Position numbers and translations under genes: made by a program. From the NCBI GenBank assembly GCA_963668675.2, contig CAXXMB010000001.1, positions 128,001 to 192,000 of the forward strand: DNA of 64,000 bases. The letters run 5' to 3'. A model generated the notes under the pieces. The model was not told the origin of the DNA. It ran no database searches and worked only from the letters and a program-made list of their open reading frames with translations. This DNA comes from an uncultured Desulfatitalea sp. (GTDB lineage Bacteria; Desulfobacterota; Desulfobacteria; Desulfobacterales; Desulfosarcinaceae). Of this stretch, positions 1 to 10,390 are shown in pieces. How positions within the stretch are numbered: the stretch's first letter is position 1; every line of letters starts with the position of its first letter.

Positions 1-588
1 CGCCATGGTGCCAATCTGGACAAAGGCCAGGGCACGGCCGTCGTACCCGTGGGTCCAGGCGTCCAGCCCCAGAACGTGCAGGGCCACAAAGATCGAGCAG
101 ACCATCACCAGTGCGTCGCCGGGATTGAGCCGGAAGGGCGCTTGGTAGCTCAGCATGAAGAGGCCGCAGAGGGCACACACCACCCCTATCCTGGATCCGG
201 TGGCGGCCGGTTTTCCCAGCAGCGGACCGGCCAGCAGCGGTACCCACACGACGTTGAGGCCGGTGATAAAAGCGGCGTTGGCTGACGAGGTCTTGGCGAG
301 TCCGAAGGTCTGGAAGGCATAGGAGCAGAAGAGCAGGGCGCCCAGCCAGACCCCCCTTTTCCATCCACTTCTTCCCAGTGCCCTGATCTGGGCGGGGCCG
401 GCCCAGGCAAAGAGAATCAGGGCTGCCAGGGCAAAGCGGATCCATAGAAAGGCCATTACCGGTGTTTCACGAATGGCATCTTTGACCAGCGGAAATGTCC
501 CCCCCCAGAAGACGGTGACAATGACCAACATGAATTCGGCCAGGCAGCGGCGGGTATTCTCGGGGGGTGGCGTTAACGGTTCGACCAT
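1..588 (-). CDS. DMT/EamA family transporter (3' end runs off window)
   Basis: Manual translation, not in ORF track: MVEPLTPPPENTRRCLAEFMLVIVTVFWGGTFPLVKDAI...RFALAAL...FQTFGLAKTSSANAAFITGLNVVWVPLL...GDAL; typical EamA motifs. Confidence 0.85.
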   Translation of the reverse strand, partial: MVEPLTPPPENTRRCLAEFMLVIVTVFWGGTFPLVKDAIRETPVMAFLWIRFALAALILFAWAGPAQIRALGRSGWKRGVWLGALLFCSYAFQTFGLAKTSSANAAFITGLNVVWVPLLAGPLLGKPAATGSRIGVVCALCGLFMLSYQAPFRLNPGDALVMVCSIFVALHVLGLDAWTHGYDGRALAFVQIGTMA

Positions 589-761
589 CACATGTCACGT
601 TCGTTTGGCGTGTCGCAGATTCTGGCAGCCGCCACAAATGCGGGTGAGGTTATCCAATAATTGAATTCAACCATTGCGATTGTTATGCACCAAGACCTAT
701 GCTATGAAAATCTAAAAACAACAAGGGCGTACCATGCAACTCTGAAGAAAGCGTGTCAAGC

Positions 762-926
762 ATGAAGCGCGGAGAGAAAGAACCCATACAGGTCAGATGC
801 CCCCGTTGCGGGAGCCGCTCTATCGTCTACCTCCCGGTGGACGATCTGCCGCGTTGCCCCAATCCTGAGTGCAAGGGGCGCCGCATGGTGATCGAGGAGT
901 TGCTCGATGAGGGGAAATCCTACTAA
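762..926 (+). CDS. 54-aa zinc-ribbon-like small protein
   Basis: Manual translation MKRGEKEPIQVRCPRCGSRSIVYLPVDDLPRCPNPECKGRRMVIEELLDEGKSY; two Cys pairs; fills the gap before the ABC operon. Confidence 0.65.
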   Translation: MKRGEKEPIQVRCPRCGSRSIVYLPVDDLPRCPNPECKGRRMVIEELLDEGKSY

Positions 927-986
927 CATATAATCTTTCGATGGCCGGCCACCGGCCGCAATTGAAATGGGTAGAAGGAGGCTTCA

Positions 987-1793
987 ATGAAAAAACTGTT
1001 AGCGACGGGCTTGGCGTTGGGCGTACTTTTCCTTTTCACCGTTACCATGGCCTCAGCCGATAAAGGGGCACTCGAAGAGATCCTCGATCGAGGCACACTG
1101 CGGGTCGGCATGGAACCCGGGTACATGCCCTTTGAACTCACCAATCAGAAGGGTGAGATTATCGGCTTCGATGTGGATATGGCCAAGCGCATGGCAAAAG
1201 CGATGGGCGTCAAGCTGGAGCTGGTTTCAACCGCCTGGGACGGTATCATCCCGGCCCTGCTGACCAAAAAGTTCGATATCCTGATGTCCGGCATGACGCT
1301 GACCCAGGAGCGCAACATGAAGATCAATTTTGCGAGCCCCTATATCGTCATCGGCCAGACCATTCTGCTGCGCAAGGAGCTGGTGGGAAAGGTCAAAACA
1401 TATAATGATCTCAACAATCCTAAGTACAAGGTCGGCTCCAAACTGGGCACCACCGGCGAGCAGGCCACCAAACGGATGATCTCAAAGGCGAAATACATCT
1501 CATACGAGACTGAGCAGGAGGGGGTCCTCGAAGCGGTCAACGGCAAAATCGACGCCTTTATTTACGATTTGCCTTACAATTCGGCAGCCATCGCCCAGCG
1601 CGGGCAGGGAAAACTGGTTCACCTGGACAAACCCTTCACCTACGAACCGCTGGCATGGGCCGTGCGCAAAGGGGATTTTGATTTCATCAACTGGCTGAAC
1701 AACTTCTTGAACCAGGTCAAGAACGACGGAACCTATGATAAAATCTACAAAAAGTGGTTCGAAGACGACGCCTGGATGAAAGAGCTGCAGTAG
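987..1793 (+). CDS. Polar amino-acid ABC transporter substrate-binding protein (family 3)
   Basis: Signal peptide, GFDVD, WDGIIPAL, DGTYDKIYKKWF; GGAGG RBS. Confidence 0.92.
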   Translation: MKKLLATGLALGVLFLFTVTMASADKGALEEILDRGTLRVGMEPGYMPFELTNQKGEIIGFDVDMAKRMAKAMGVKLELVSTAWDGIIPALLTKKFDILMSGMTLTQERNMKINFASPYIVIGQTILLRKELVGKVKTYNDLNNPKYKVGSKLGTTGEQATKRMISKAKYISYETEQEGVLEAVNGKIDAFIYDLPYNSAAIAQRGQGKLVHLDKPFTYEPLAWAVRKGDFDFINWLNNFLNQVKNDGTYDKIYKKWFEDDAWMKELQ

Positions 1794-2765
1794 ATGCCCG
1801 GCGCGCTTAAAAAGACGCCCCATCAACTGCCCTGGGTTCTCCTTCTGGCGGCCATTCTCATCGTTCTGGCCGCCGGAACTTGGGGGGCCGTGCGCAAGAT
1901 CGATTACGCCTGGCGCTGGAACCGGGTTCCCCAATATTTTTTCTACCATGGTGAAGAGGCAGTAAAGATCCCCTTTGACGGCCGGGTGGAGCAGATAGGA
2001 CCAGCCGGCAAAAAAACATCGGTTCACCTCGTATCGGAAGAGGGTACCGCGGTCACGCTCAAGGTGGATAAGGGGCAACTGAAGGTCTCCGAAGGTGACG
2101 AGCTGTTCGAGGGCGACACCGTCGGGTTCAAATACCGGTGGCGCCTGGGCCCATTGATGTTCGGGTTGTGGACCACGTTGTGGATTTCGGGTGTGGCCAG
2201 TGTGATGGCACTGGTGATCGGCCTGCTCACCGGTTTGTGCCGGATCTCCAAAAATCTGACGCTGAGAGGCTTGGCGACCATTTACGTCGAGTTCATCCGC
2301 GGCACACCGCTGCTCGTCCAAATTTTTATTGCCTATTTCTTCATCGGCACCGTGTTCAATCTCAACCGCAACGTGGCAGGGGTAGGTGCCCTTAGCATCT
2401 TCGCCGGAGCCTATGTGGCCGAGATTGTCCGTGCCGGTATCCAGTCCATCCCCCGAGGGCAGATGGAGGCCGCCCGCTCGTTGGGCATGAACGTTTTTCA
2501 GGCGATGCTCCACATCATCCTGCCCCAGGCGCTCAAGCGCACATTACCTCCATTGGCAGGGCAGTTCATCAGTCTGATCAAAGACTCCTCGCTGGTCTCG
2601 GTCATTGCCATTACCGACCTGACAAAATCGGGCCGGGAGATTATCACCAGCACGTTTGCCACTTTCGAGGTGTGGTTGACGGTGGCCGCCATGTATCTGG
2701 TGGTCACCTCACTGATGTCCCAATTGGTGTTTTATCTGGAACGGAGGTTCGCGGTCAGTGATTGA
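1794..2765 (+). CDS. Polar amino-acid ABC transporter permease
   Basis: [38 protein letters not shown]. Confidence 0.92.
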   Translation: MPGALKKTPHQLPWVLLLAAILIVLAAGTWGAVRKIDYAWRWNRVPQYFFYHGEEAVKIPFDGRVEQIGPAGKKTSVHLVSEEGTAVTLKVDKGQLKVSEGDELFEGDTVGFKYRWRLGPLMFGLWTTLWISGVASVMALVIGLLTGLCRISKNLTLRGLATIYVEFIRGTPLLVQIFIAYFFIGTVFNLNRNVAGVGALSIFAGAYVAEIVRAGIQSIPRGQMEAARSLGMNVFQAMLHIILPQALKRTLPPLAGQFISLIKDSSLVSVIAITDLTKSGREIITSTFATFEVWLTVAAMYLVVTSLMSQLVFYLERRFAVSD

Positions 2766-3492
2766 AGCAACCGATGTCGTCAAAGTGTTTTCGGGGCGCG
2801 GCGTGACCGTCAGGGCGGTCGATGGCGTTTCCGCGCAGGTAGCCAAGGGCGAGGTGGTGGTGATCATCGGCCCCTCCGGCTCGGGAAAATCGACCTTTTT
2901 GCGCTGTATCAACGGCATGGAGGCCTTCGACGACGGCCATATCCTCATCGATGGTGTGGACCTGGCCGACCGAAAGACCGATTTGAATGCGGTGCGGGCC
3001 GAGGTGGGGATGGTGTTCCAGCAGTTCAATCTGTTTCCCCATAAGACGGTACTGGAGAACCTTACCCTGGCCCAGCGGGTGGTGCGCAAACGATCCCGCA
3101 AAGATGCGGGTGAAAAGGCGCGAACTCTATTAAGCAAGGTCGGGATCGCAGAAAAGGAGCGTGAATACCCCTCGCGCCTCTCAGGGGGGCAGCAACAGCG
3201 GGTCGCCATTGCAAGAGCGTTGGCCATGGAGCCCAAGATCATGCTTTTTGATGAACCGACCTCCGCCCTGGACCCCGAAATGGTGGGCGAGGTGCTCGAT
3301 GTCATGAAGCAACTGGCACGGGAGGGCATGACCATGTGTGTGGTCACCCACGAGATGGGGTTCGCCCGGGAGGTGGCTGATCGCGTTCTTTTCATGGATG
3401 AGGGGAAACTCGTCGAAGAGGGAACGCCCGAACATTTTTTCACCAATCCGACCGAAGAGCGCACCAAGTTGTTTTTAAGTCAGGTGCTTTAG
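2758..3492 (+). CDS. Polar amino-acid ABC transporter ATP-binding protein (GlnQ-like)
   Basis: [34 protein letters not shown]. Confidence 0.95.
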   Translation: MIEATDVVKVFSGRGVTVRAVDGVSAQVAKGEVVVIIGPSGSGKSTFLRCINGMEAFDDGHILIDGVDLADRKTDLNAVRAEVGMVFQQFNLFPHKTVLENLTLAQRVVRKRSRKDAGEKARTLLSKVGIAEKEREYPSRLSGGQQQRVAIARALAMEPKIMLFDEPTSALDPEMVGEVLDVMKQLAREGMTMCVVTHEMGFAREVADRVLFMDEGKLVEEGTPEHFFTNPTEERTKLFLSQVL

Positions 3493-3624
3493 GGGATCTT
3501 GACTCTCGGTTGCAATAATCATAGATGATCTTAAATTGCCAGGTCAGTACAACGATATACAGATCAGCGTCCAGATATACCCTTTGGGGGTTTCAACCAT
3601 AATTGCGATGAAGGAGGGGAAGAT

Positions 3625-4758
3625 ATGTTGAATTGTCTAACTACGAAAAGGATTGCCGCCATTGCTGCGGCACTGTTTCTGTCTGTTGTGATCTGTGGTC
3701 CTGCTTTGGCAGCCGATACCATTAAATTTGGTGTCGCAGGTGCGCACAGCGGGGATCTGGCTTCCTACGGCCTTCCCAGCGTCAATGCCGCCAAGTTGGT
3801 GGTGGCGGATTTCAACGCCAAGGGAGGTGTGCTGGGCAAACAGATTGAGCTGGTCATCGAGGATGACGTCTGCAAACCTGAAGTGGCCACCAGTACCGCG
3901 ACGAAATTGGTCGGTGAAGGTGTGTCGGTTGTGTTGGGCCATATTTGCAGCGGTGCCACCAAAGCGGCCCTGGGCATTTACAAAGACTCCAAGGTCGTGG
4001 TCATGTCACCTTCGGCCACCAACCCGGCGCTGACCCAAAGCGGTGACTATCCCAATTTTTTCCGAACAATTGCCGCAGACGACGCCCAGGCCAGAATGGA
4101 AGTGGATTTTGCCCTGGACGTTCTCAAGGTAAAAAAGATCGCCGTGCTGCATGACAAAGGCGACTACGGAAAAGGATTGGCCGAGTTTGCCAAGAGCTTC
4201 CTCGAAGCGGACAAGCGAGCCGAACTGGTCCTTTACGAAGGCGTGACGCCGGGGGCGGTCGACTACTCCGCTGTCGTCCAGAAGATCAAAAGAAGTAAAG
4301 CCGAGGCGGTCATTTTCGGCGGGTACCATCCCGAGGCATCAAAGATTGTAACGCAGATGCGCAGAAAGAAGATGAAGACCATCTTTATCTCCGACGATGG
4401 CGTCAAGGACGACACCTTCATCAAGGTGGCCAAGAAGTATGCCGAGGGTGTCTATGCCACTGGGCCCAAAGATGTGAGCAAGAACCCCCTGACAGAGGTG
4501 TACCTTGAAAAGCATAAGGCCGAATTCAAATCCGATCCGGGCGCTTTTTACGACAACGCCGTATCGGCCGCCATTGCGCTGTTGACCGCCATTCAGAATG
4601 CCGGCTCAACAGATTACGATGCCATTGTCAAGGCACTGCAGACCAAAGAGGTGGACACCCCTGTGGGCAGCATCAAGTTTGACGAGCGTGGTGACGCCAT
4701 CGGCGTGGGCTTTACCGTGTACCAGGTCAAAAATGGTGCCTATGTGGAAGTAAAATAG
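3625..4758 (+). CDS. livK: Branched-chain amino-acid ABC transporter substrate-binding protein
   Basis: Signal peptide, DDVCKP, GHICSG, HDKGDYGKGLA, FGGYHPE; first gene of liv operon. Confidence 0.9.
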   Translation: MLNCLTTKRIAAIAAALFLSVVICGPALAADTIKFGVAGAHSGDLASYGLPSVNAAKLVVADFNAKGGVLGKQIELVIEDDVCKPEVATSTATKLVGEGVSVVLGHICSGATKAALGIYKDSKVVVMSPSATNPALTQSGDYPNFFRTIAADDAQARMEVDFALDVLKVKKIAVLHDKGDYGKGLAEFAKSFLEADKRAELVLYEGVTPGAVDYSAVVQKIKRSKAEAVIFGGYHPEASKIVTQMRRKKMKTIFISDDGVKDDTFIKVAKKYAEGVYATGPKDVSKNPLTEVYLEKHKAEFKSDPGAFYDNAVSAAIALLTAIQNAGSTDYDAIVKALQTKEVDTPVGSIKFDERGDAIGVGFTVYQVKNGAYVEVK

Positions 4759-4777
4759 TGATGTTGGACATCTGCTC

Positions 4778-4818
4778 TCAGGGAACAGGCCTTGCAGGGG
4801 CCTGTTCCCTGATTTTTT
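4778..4818 (+). terminator. Intrinsic terminator/stabilising hairpin after livK
   Basis: TCAGGGAACAGGCC...GGCCTGTTCCCTGA stem followed by T run. Confidence 0.75.
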
Positions 4819-4836
4819 AATTGAGGTGGTTGCGCC

Positions 4837-5745
4837 ATGGACCTGGAATACTTTTTTGAGCTCTTTCTCGGCGGCTTGACCCGCGGCAGTATCTACGCAC
4901 TGATTGCGCTGGGGTACACGATGGTCTACGGCATCATCGAACTGATCAATTTTGCCCATGGTGAAATTTACATGATCGGTGCCTTTACAGGCCTGATCGT
5001 TGCCGGACTGTTGACGCTTCTCGGCTGGCCCTCCTTGGCCATATTGCTGATCGCCTCCATTGTGGCGATCATCTACTCGAGCGCTTATGGATGGACCTTG
5101 GAGAAGATCGCCTATAAGCCGTTGCGAAAAGCGCCGCGCCTCTCGGCCCTGATCAGCGCCATCGGCATGTCCCTCTTTCTGCAAAACTACGTTCTGCTGG
5201 CCCAGACCTCCGATTTTCTGCCCTTTCCCAACCTGATTCCCGATTTTAAATTTCTGGAGCCGATCGAGCATATTGTGCGCTCTTCGGAGATTGTGATCTA
5301 TAGTGTCACCGCCATCGTCATGGTGGCATTGACCATCGTGATCAAGTTTACCCGCATGGGCAAGGCCATGCGCGCCACCAGTCAGGACCGGGAGATGGCC
5401 ATGCTGGTTGGTATCGATGTGAACCGTGTGATATCGATGACGTTTCTCCTGGGTTCGGCAACGGCCGCTTTGGGAGGGATCCTGATTGCGTCCCATATTG
5501 GCCAGATCAATTACTACATCGGCTTCCTTGCGGGCATTAAAGCATTCGTGGCAGCTGTTCTTGGCGGTATCGGCAGTATGCCCGGTGCCGTGTTGGGCAG
5601 TTTGGTCCTGGGGTGGTCGGAAAGCTTTTTCACCGGCTATATCTCCAGTGATTATGAGGATGTCTTTGCTTTTCTCTTCCTGGTCGTCATTCTGATCTTT
5701 CGACCATCGGGCCTGCTGGGAAGGAAGGAAGCAGACAAAGTTTGA
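4837..5745 (+). CDS. livH: Branched-chain amino-acid ABC permease LivH
   Basis: YALIALGYTMVYGIIELINFAHGE, KAFVAAVLGGIGS. Confidence 0.93.
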   Translation: MDLEYFFELFLGGLTRGSIYALIALGYTMVYGIIELINFAHGEIYMIGAFTGLIVAGLLTLLGWPSLAILLIASIVAIIYSSAYGWTLEKIAYKPLRKAPRLSALISAIGMSLFLQNYVLLAQTSDFLPFPNLIPDFKFLEPIEHIVRSSEIVIYSVTAIVMVALTIVIKFTRMGKAMRATSQDREMAMLVGIDVNRVISMTFLLGSATAALGGILIASHIGQINYYIGFLAGIKAFVAAVLGGIGSMPGAVLGSLVLGWSESFFTGYISSDYEDVFAFLFLVVILIFRPSGLLGRKEADKV

Positions 5746-5786
5746 TCGCATAGCATTTTACCCCCGACGCCTGGAGCAGAGCTGAT

Positions 5787-7040
5787 ATGTCGGATATATC
5801 ACAACGCATCAACCTCTTCGGATGGGAAGAGGTTAAAAAGTCCCTGATGGTATGTGTCTGGTTCATGTTTCTGACATTCCCCATCATGGTGATTCAGGTC
5901 AATACCATCCATCGAACGGTAGAGTGGCGCTGGGAACGGATGCTTTTCGTGGGCATCGGCGCTTTTTTTCTCTCCTTCGTCTGGCGCTACATGATCCGCC
6001 GCAAAGAAGAGGGTATCCGAAAATCCGAAATTGAAGCGGGCGCTGGTCTCACCGCCACACAAAGGCTTCTCAAGAACCCGCGCTTTTCACGTCCCGCCCT
6101 GGCAGTGGCAGGGATCTTCTTCATCGCGTTCCCCATGATCTTCTCCCTCTATCAGATCGACATCATGACCACTGCGCTGATCTATGTGGTGGTGGCCCTG
6201 GGTCTCAATATCGTGGTGGGACTGGCCGGTCTGCTCGATCTTGGATATGTGGCCTTTTTTGCCGTTGGGGCCTATGCGTACGCTCTGCTCAATGTCCATT
6301 TCGGGCTGGGTTTCTGGCTTTGCCTGCCCATCGGCGGAGCGCTAGGGTTTCTCTTCGGTATCATACTGGGTTTTCCGGTGCTGCGGCTGAGAGGGGATTA
6401 CCTGGCCATCGTCACGTTGGGGTTTGGAGAGATTATCCGGCTGGTCCTGGAGAATTGGAACGACTTTTCGTTCGGCCCCAGCGGAATCGCCAATATACCG
6501 CGACCCGGCCTTTTCGGAATGGACCTCAGCCTGCATCAGAACCACACCTATCTCTACTATCTGATGGTCGCTCTGGCGCTTTTTACGATTTTCGTGGTTC
6601 GGCGATTGCAGGATTCTCGTATCGGCCGTGCGTGGATTGCGTTGCGCGAAGATGAGATCGCCTGCCAGGCCATGGGTATCAACAAGACGCGCACCAAACT
6701 CAGTGCCTTTGCTTTGGGGGCGACCTGGGCGGGTATGGGAGGGGTGGTCTTTGCAGCAAAAACCACCTTTATCAATCCGGCCAGCTTTACCATATGGGAG
6801 TCGGTCATTATACTGTGTTGCGTTGTTTTGGGGGGCATGGGCAGCATTGTCGGCGTCGTGACCGGAGCGCTGGTGCTCAAACTGTTGCCGGAGTATTTCC
6901 GCGCCTTTTCGGAGTACCGAATGCTTGTCTTCGGGATGGTGCTGGTGTTGATGATGGTATTTCGGCCCAGCGGATTGATCAAAAGCGTGAGGCGCGTATA
7001 CAGATTCGAAGGCCTGAACAGAGACGGGGAACAACGATAA
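5787..7040 (+). CDS. livM: Branched-chain amino-acid ABC permease LivM
   Basis: GLNIVVGLAGLLDLGYVAFFAVGAY, LRLRGDYLAIVTLGFGEIIR. Confidence 0.93.
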   Translation: MSDISQRINLFGWEEVKKSLMVCVWFMFLTFPIMVIQVNTIHRTVEWRWERMLFVGIGAFFLSFVWRYMIRRKEEGIRKSEIEAGAGLTATQRLLKNPRFSRPALAVAGIFFIAFPMIFSLYQIDIMTTALIYVVVALGLNIVVGLAGLLDLGYVAFFAVGAYAYALLNVHFGLGFWLCLPIGGALGFLFGIILGFPVLRLRGDYLAIVTLGFGEIIRLVLENWNDFSFGPSGIANIPRPGLFGMDLSLHQNHTYLYYLMVALALFTIFVVRRLQDSRIGRAWIALREDEIACQAMGINKTRTKLSAFALGATWAGMGGVVFAAKTTFINPASFTIWESVIILCCVVLGGMGSIVGVVTGALVLKLLPEYFRAFSEYRMLVFGMVLVLMMVFRPSGLIKSVRRVYRFEGLNRDGEQR

Positions 7041-7044
7041 GACG

Positions 7045-7833
7045 ATGAAGCCGGTATTGACACTTTCCAAGTTGACCAAGGATTTTGGTGGATTGCGCGC
7101 CCTTGATCGTGTGGACCTGAAAATTCACCGCCAGGAGATCGTGGCCCTCATAGGGCCGAACGGCGCTGGGAAAACAACGCTTTTCAACTGCATGACCGGC
7201 ATCTACACGCCCACCAGCGGCGAGGTGGAGCTGATGCTTCCCGATGGTAAAATCGTCCGACTCAACGGTCTCAAACCGGACAGGGTCACCACGCTCGGTA
7301 TGGCGCGTACTTTTCAAAACATCCGCCTGTTTCAAAACATGACTGTCCTGGAGAACGTCATGATCGGGCGTCACTGCCGCATGCATGCCGGTATACCCGG
7401 GGCCGTGCTGCGAAATGCCCGCACCCGCAAGGAGGAGAAGGCGGTCATCAATGACAGCTACCGGATCCTGGAAGATTTTCAGCTGGAGCAGTATGTCAAT
7501 GAGTTTGCCAAAAATTTGCCATACGGCGCCCAGCGACGGTTGGAGATTGCCCGTGCCATGGCCACCGAGCCTTTTCTGCTTCTGCTGGACGAGCCGGCAG
7601 CCGGTATGAATGCGCAGGAGACCAAGGAGCTTGATGAGCTGATTATTCATTTGAGGGACAAGGAGAAGGTCTCCATCCTGCTCATCGAACACGACATGAA
7701 ACTGGTAATGAGTTTGTCCGACCGCATCTTCGTGGTGGATTACGGTCGTAAAATCGCTGAGGGCACGCCGGAAGAAGTGAGCCGCGATCCGGAAGTGATC
7801 AAGGCCTATCTTGGAGAAGAGGCTGATGCTTAA
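7045..7833 (+). CDS. livG: Branched-chain amino-acid ABC ATPase LivG
   Basis: GPNGAGKTT, ARTFQNIRLF, LPYGAQRRLEIARA, EHDM. Confidence 0.93.
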   Translation: MKPVLTLSKLTKDFGGLRALDRVDLKIHRQEIVALIGPNGAGKTTLFNCMTGIYTPTSGEVELMLPDGKIVRLNGLKPDRVTTLGMARTFQNIRLFQNMTVLENVMIGRHCRMHAGIPGAVLRNARTRKEEKAVINDSYRILEDFQLEQYVNEFAKNLPYGAQRRLEIARAMATEPFLLLLDEPAAGMNAQETKELDELIIHLRDKEKVSILLIEHDMKLVMSLSDRIFVVDYGRKIAEGTPEEVSRDPEVIKAYLGEEADA

Positions 7834-8533
7834 GTTGAATGACGTCCATACCTATTATGGTAACATTCAGGCCTTGAAAGGCATATCGATCGAGATCGAA
7901 CAGGGGGAGATCGTCACCTTGATCGGCGCCAACGGCGCCGGTAAGAGTACGACGCTGATGTCCATCTCCGGCATTGTGCCGATCCGTACCGGTGATATCG
8001 CCTTTGAAGGCAAATCGATTTCCAAGATGACGCCCAATGAAATTGTGGCCCTGGGGATTTGCCAGGTGCCCGAGGGGCGCCGTATCTTTCCTTACCTGAC
8101 GGTGATGGAGAACCTGGATATCGGGGCCTTCCTGAGGGATGACACGTCGGAGGTGGCCAAAGATCTCGATTACGTTTTCGACCTTTTTCCCATCCTGGCT
8201 CAGCGTCGTCACCAGGCTGGCGGCACCCTGAGCGGTGGAGAGCAGCAGATGCTGGCCATCTCGAGAGCCCTGATGGCCCGGCCGCGTCTGCTGTTGCTCG
8301 ATGAGCCCTCTTTGGGATTGGCTCCCCTGGTGGTCAAGCGCATCTTCGAAATCATCAAGAAGATCAATACCGAGAACAACACGACCATTTTTCTGGTCGA
8401 ACAGAATGCCAATCTCGCCCTCAAGGTGGCCCACCGTGGCTATGTGATGGAAAACGGCAAGATAACGCTTTCGGATAAAAGTAAGAACCTGATGGACAAC
8501 GAGGAGATCCGCAAGGCCTATTTGGGGATCTAA
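7826..8533 (+). CDS. livF: Branched-chain amino-acid ABC ATPase LivF
   Basis: GANGAGKST, VPEGRRIF, LSGGEQQMLAI, VEQNA; ATG at 7826 preferred over TTG 7811. Confidence 0.93.
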   Translation: MLKLNDVHTYYGNIQALKGISIEIEQGEIVTLIGANGAGKSTTLMSISGIVPIRTGDIAFEGKSISKMTPNEIVALGICQVPEGRRIFPYLTVMENLDIGAFLRDDTSEVAKDLDYVFDLFPILAQRRHQAGGTLSGGEQQMLAISRALMARPRLLLLDEPSLGLAPLVVKRIFEIIKKINTENNTTIFLVEQNANLALKVAHRGYVMENGKITLSDKSKNLMDNEEIRKAYLGI

Positions 8534-8559
8534 AGCAATTTCAATGAGGAGAGAAGTAG

Positions 8560-8596
8560 AAGGGCGAGGGGGGTATTACTTCCCAGCCCTTTTTTT
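8560..8596 (+). terminator. Probable intrinsic terminator of liv operon
   Basis: Imperfect GC stem (AAGGGC...GCCCTT) followed by T run after livF. Confidence 0.5.
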
Positions 8597-8614
8597 GTAG
8601 AAAGCTTCAATAAC

Positions 8615-8857
8615 TCAACTTTCAGATTTAGAAACGGCGAGTCCAGTGGGTGGATGCTCTGCTCCTCACGCAAACGCACGCAAGTGCCGTTAAGCATCAG
8701 TTCCGGGCGTCCTGGAAACTCGCTATCGCTCAAACAGTCCGGGCCGCTGGTCCTCCACTGACGCTAAGCGGCACTAGCATGCAATGCTGACGAGGAGCAG
8801 AACATCCACCCACTGGACTCGCCTCCATATGAAGGTTTAACGAAACCGGAAAGTTGA
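8615..8857. mobile_element. MITE-like palindromic element, family A, copy 1
   Basis: Ends TCAACTTTC/GAAAGTTGA; long inner inverted repeat GGCGAGTCCAGTGGGTGGATG...CATCCACCCACTGGACTCGCC; homologous copy at 14231-14514. Confidence 0.7.
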
Positions 8858-8945
8858 TTCAGCAACTTAAGCGGATGAGGTGGCGCAAAATTACGCCCCT
8901 GTGATGTCTGGTCGAATACAGAGACTGTTTTTATGAGCGGGCCTT

Positions 8946-8970
8946 GTAGGGGCGGGCTTTACGCCCGCCC
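8946..8970 (+). repeat. GTAG-type REP-like hairpin
   Basis: GTAGGGGCGGGCTTTACGCCCGCCC; near-identical copy at 37549. Confidence 0.65.
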
Positions 8971-8986
8971 AGCTCATTTTTCCAGA

Positions 8987-10390
8987 TTACACCGGCAGAA
9001 ACGTTACGCCCAGGGCGAAGATGATGAACGACCAGAGCATGGCCACGAACGTATAGCCCATGATGTCACGCGCCTGAAGCCGGCAGCCTGCTGCCACGAC
9101 AGGGAAGAAGGCCAGTGTCCAGAACGGCTGGATCATGTTGGTCCAGCTGTCACCGTATCCCACCGCCATGGCTACTTTGGCAATGAAGGCCTGGGTGGCT
9201 TCGACCGTGAAACCAGCATTGGCCGCCACGGCCTTGGCCGCCTCCACGATCGGTTGGCCGACCACGGCCCATTCTCCACCGCCGGACGGTACGAATATGT
9301 TCAAGAGTCCGCCGGTAAGAAAGGCCACGAAGGGAAAGGTGGCCGTTGAGGTGGCTGCTGCCAGCGATGTGGCCACCTGCTTGCCCAATCCGGTATAGAT
9401 CATGATGCCCATGATACCGGCGTAAAACGGGAATTGAAGAATAATGCCCGAGACGTTGGAGCAGGCTCGCTTCATGGCCACCACGTAGCGGATCGGTGTC
9501 TTGTGGGCCAGCATGCCCACGATGATGAAGATGAAGTTCATGATGTCCAGGTTGATGTCGAACCCTTTGTTCCAGAAATGGGAAACGATGATATAGATGC
9601 CCATTAGGACCACCAGCAGACTTATGATCCAGGAAGAGTTCAGGACATCGCTGAGGCATCTGTCCCGCAGACAGAGTGCCTTGGCTTCCTCCTCGACGCT
9701 TATTTGCTGGCTTGTCGCATCTCCTTCGCGCAAATCATCGAACGTTTGGACCTTGTCTTCGGGAGGACGCATCATCATGAAGAGCATGGGCAGTGTGATG
9801 AGCAGGGCCAGGTTGACCACAATGTTCATGGTGCTGGCCAGGGTCAGCGTGGTGGGGATGATCTCGGTGAGCACGCCGGCCTTCATCAGAAAGTTTTCCG
9901 GCGTATTGATCACCAGGGGAATGGATCCGGAGAGCCCGCCGTGCCATGGAAGAAAAGAGGCATACACTGCCGCGGCCGTCAAGCGGTAGTCCACCCCTTT
10001 GACCCGCATGGAGAGCTCCCGGGCCAGCACCGCCGTCAGCACGATCCAGCCCCACGAGATCAATGAAAAGATCTGCCCGACGAAAAGCACGCTGGCGTAG
10101 ACCCACATCGGGGTACTGATGCGTGCGGCCAGCCAGTCGATCAGTCGGCTGGCGATTGGACTGATGGCGATGGCGTATCCGGTGACCAGGATCAATACCA
10201 TCTGCATGGCAAACTTCAGCAGGATCCAGAACCCTTTGTACCAGGCTTGGGCGATTTTGACCGGCCCGACGTCCATGGCGAACAACGCCCACACCGCCGC
10301 AATGAGGGTAAGGATCAATGCAAAGATGAAGGAATCCGGCAACCAACGTCTGAACCGCTCTGCAAAAAAAGATCCGATCTGGCCTAACAT
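8987..10390 (-). CDS. atoE: Short-chain fatty acid transporter (AtoE family)
   Basis: WLPDSFIFALILT, FAMQMVLILVTG, WHGGLSGSIPL, FVPSGGGEW, GDSWTNMIQPFW; AGGAGG RBS before ATG 10390. Confidence 0.9.
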   Translation of the reverse strand: MLGQIGSFFAERFRRWLPDSFIFALILTLIAAVWALFAMDVGPVKIAQAWYKGFWILLKFAMQMVLILVTGYAIAISPIASRLIDWLAARISTPMWVYASVLFVGQIFSLISWGWIVLTAVLARELSMRVKGVDYRLTAAAVYASFLPWHGGLSGSIPLVINTPENFLMKAGVLTEIIPTTLTLASTMNIVVNLALLITLPMLFMMMRPPEDKVQTFDDLREGDATSQQISVEEEAKALCLRDRCLSDVLNSSWIISLLVVLMGIYIIVSHFWNKGFDINLDIMNFIFIIVGMLAHKTPIRYVVAMKRACSNVSGIILQFPFYAGIMGIMIYTGLGKQVATSLAAATSTATFPFVAFLTGGLLNIFVPSGGGEWAVVGQPIVEAAKAVAANAGFTVEATQAFIAKVAMAVGYGDSWTNMIQPFWTLAFFPVVAAGCRLQARDIMGYTFVAMLWSFIIFALGVTFLPV

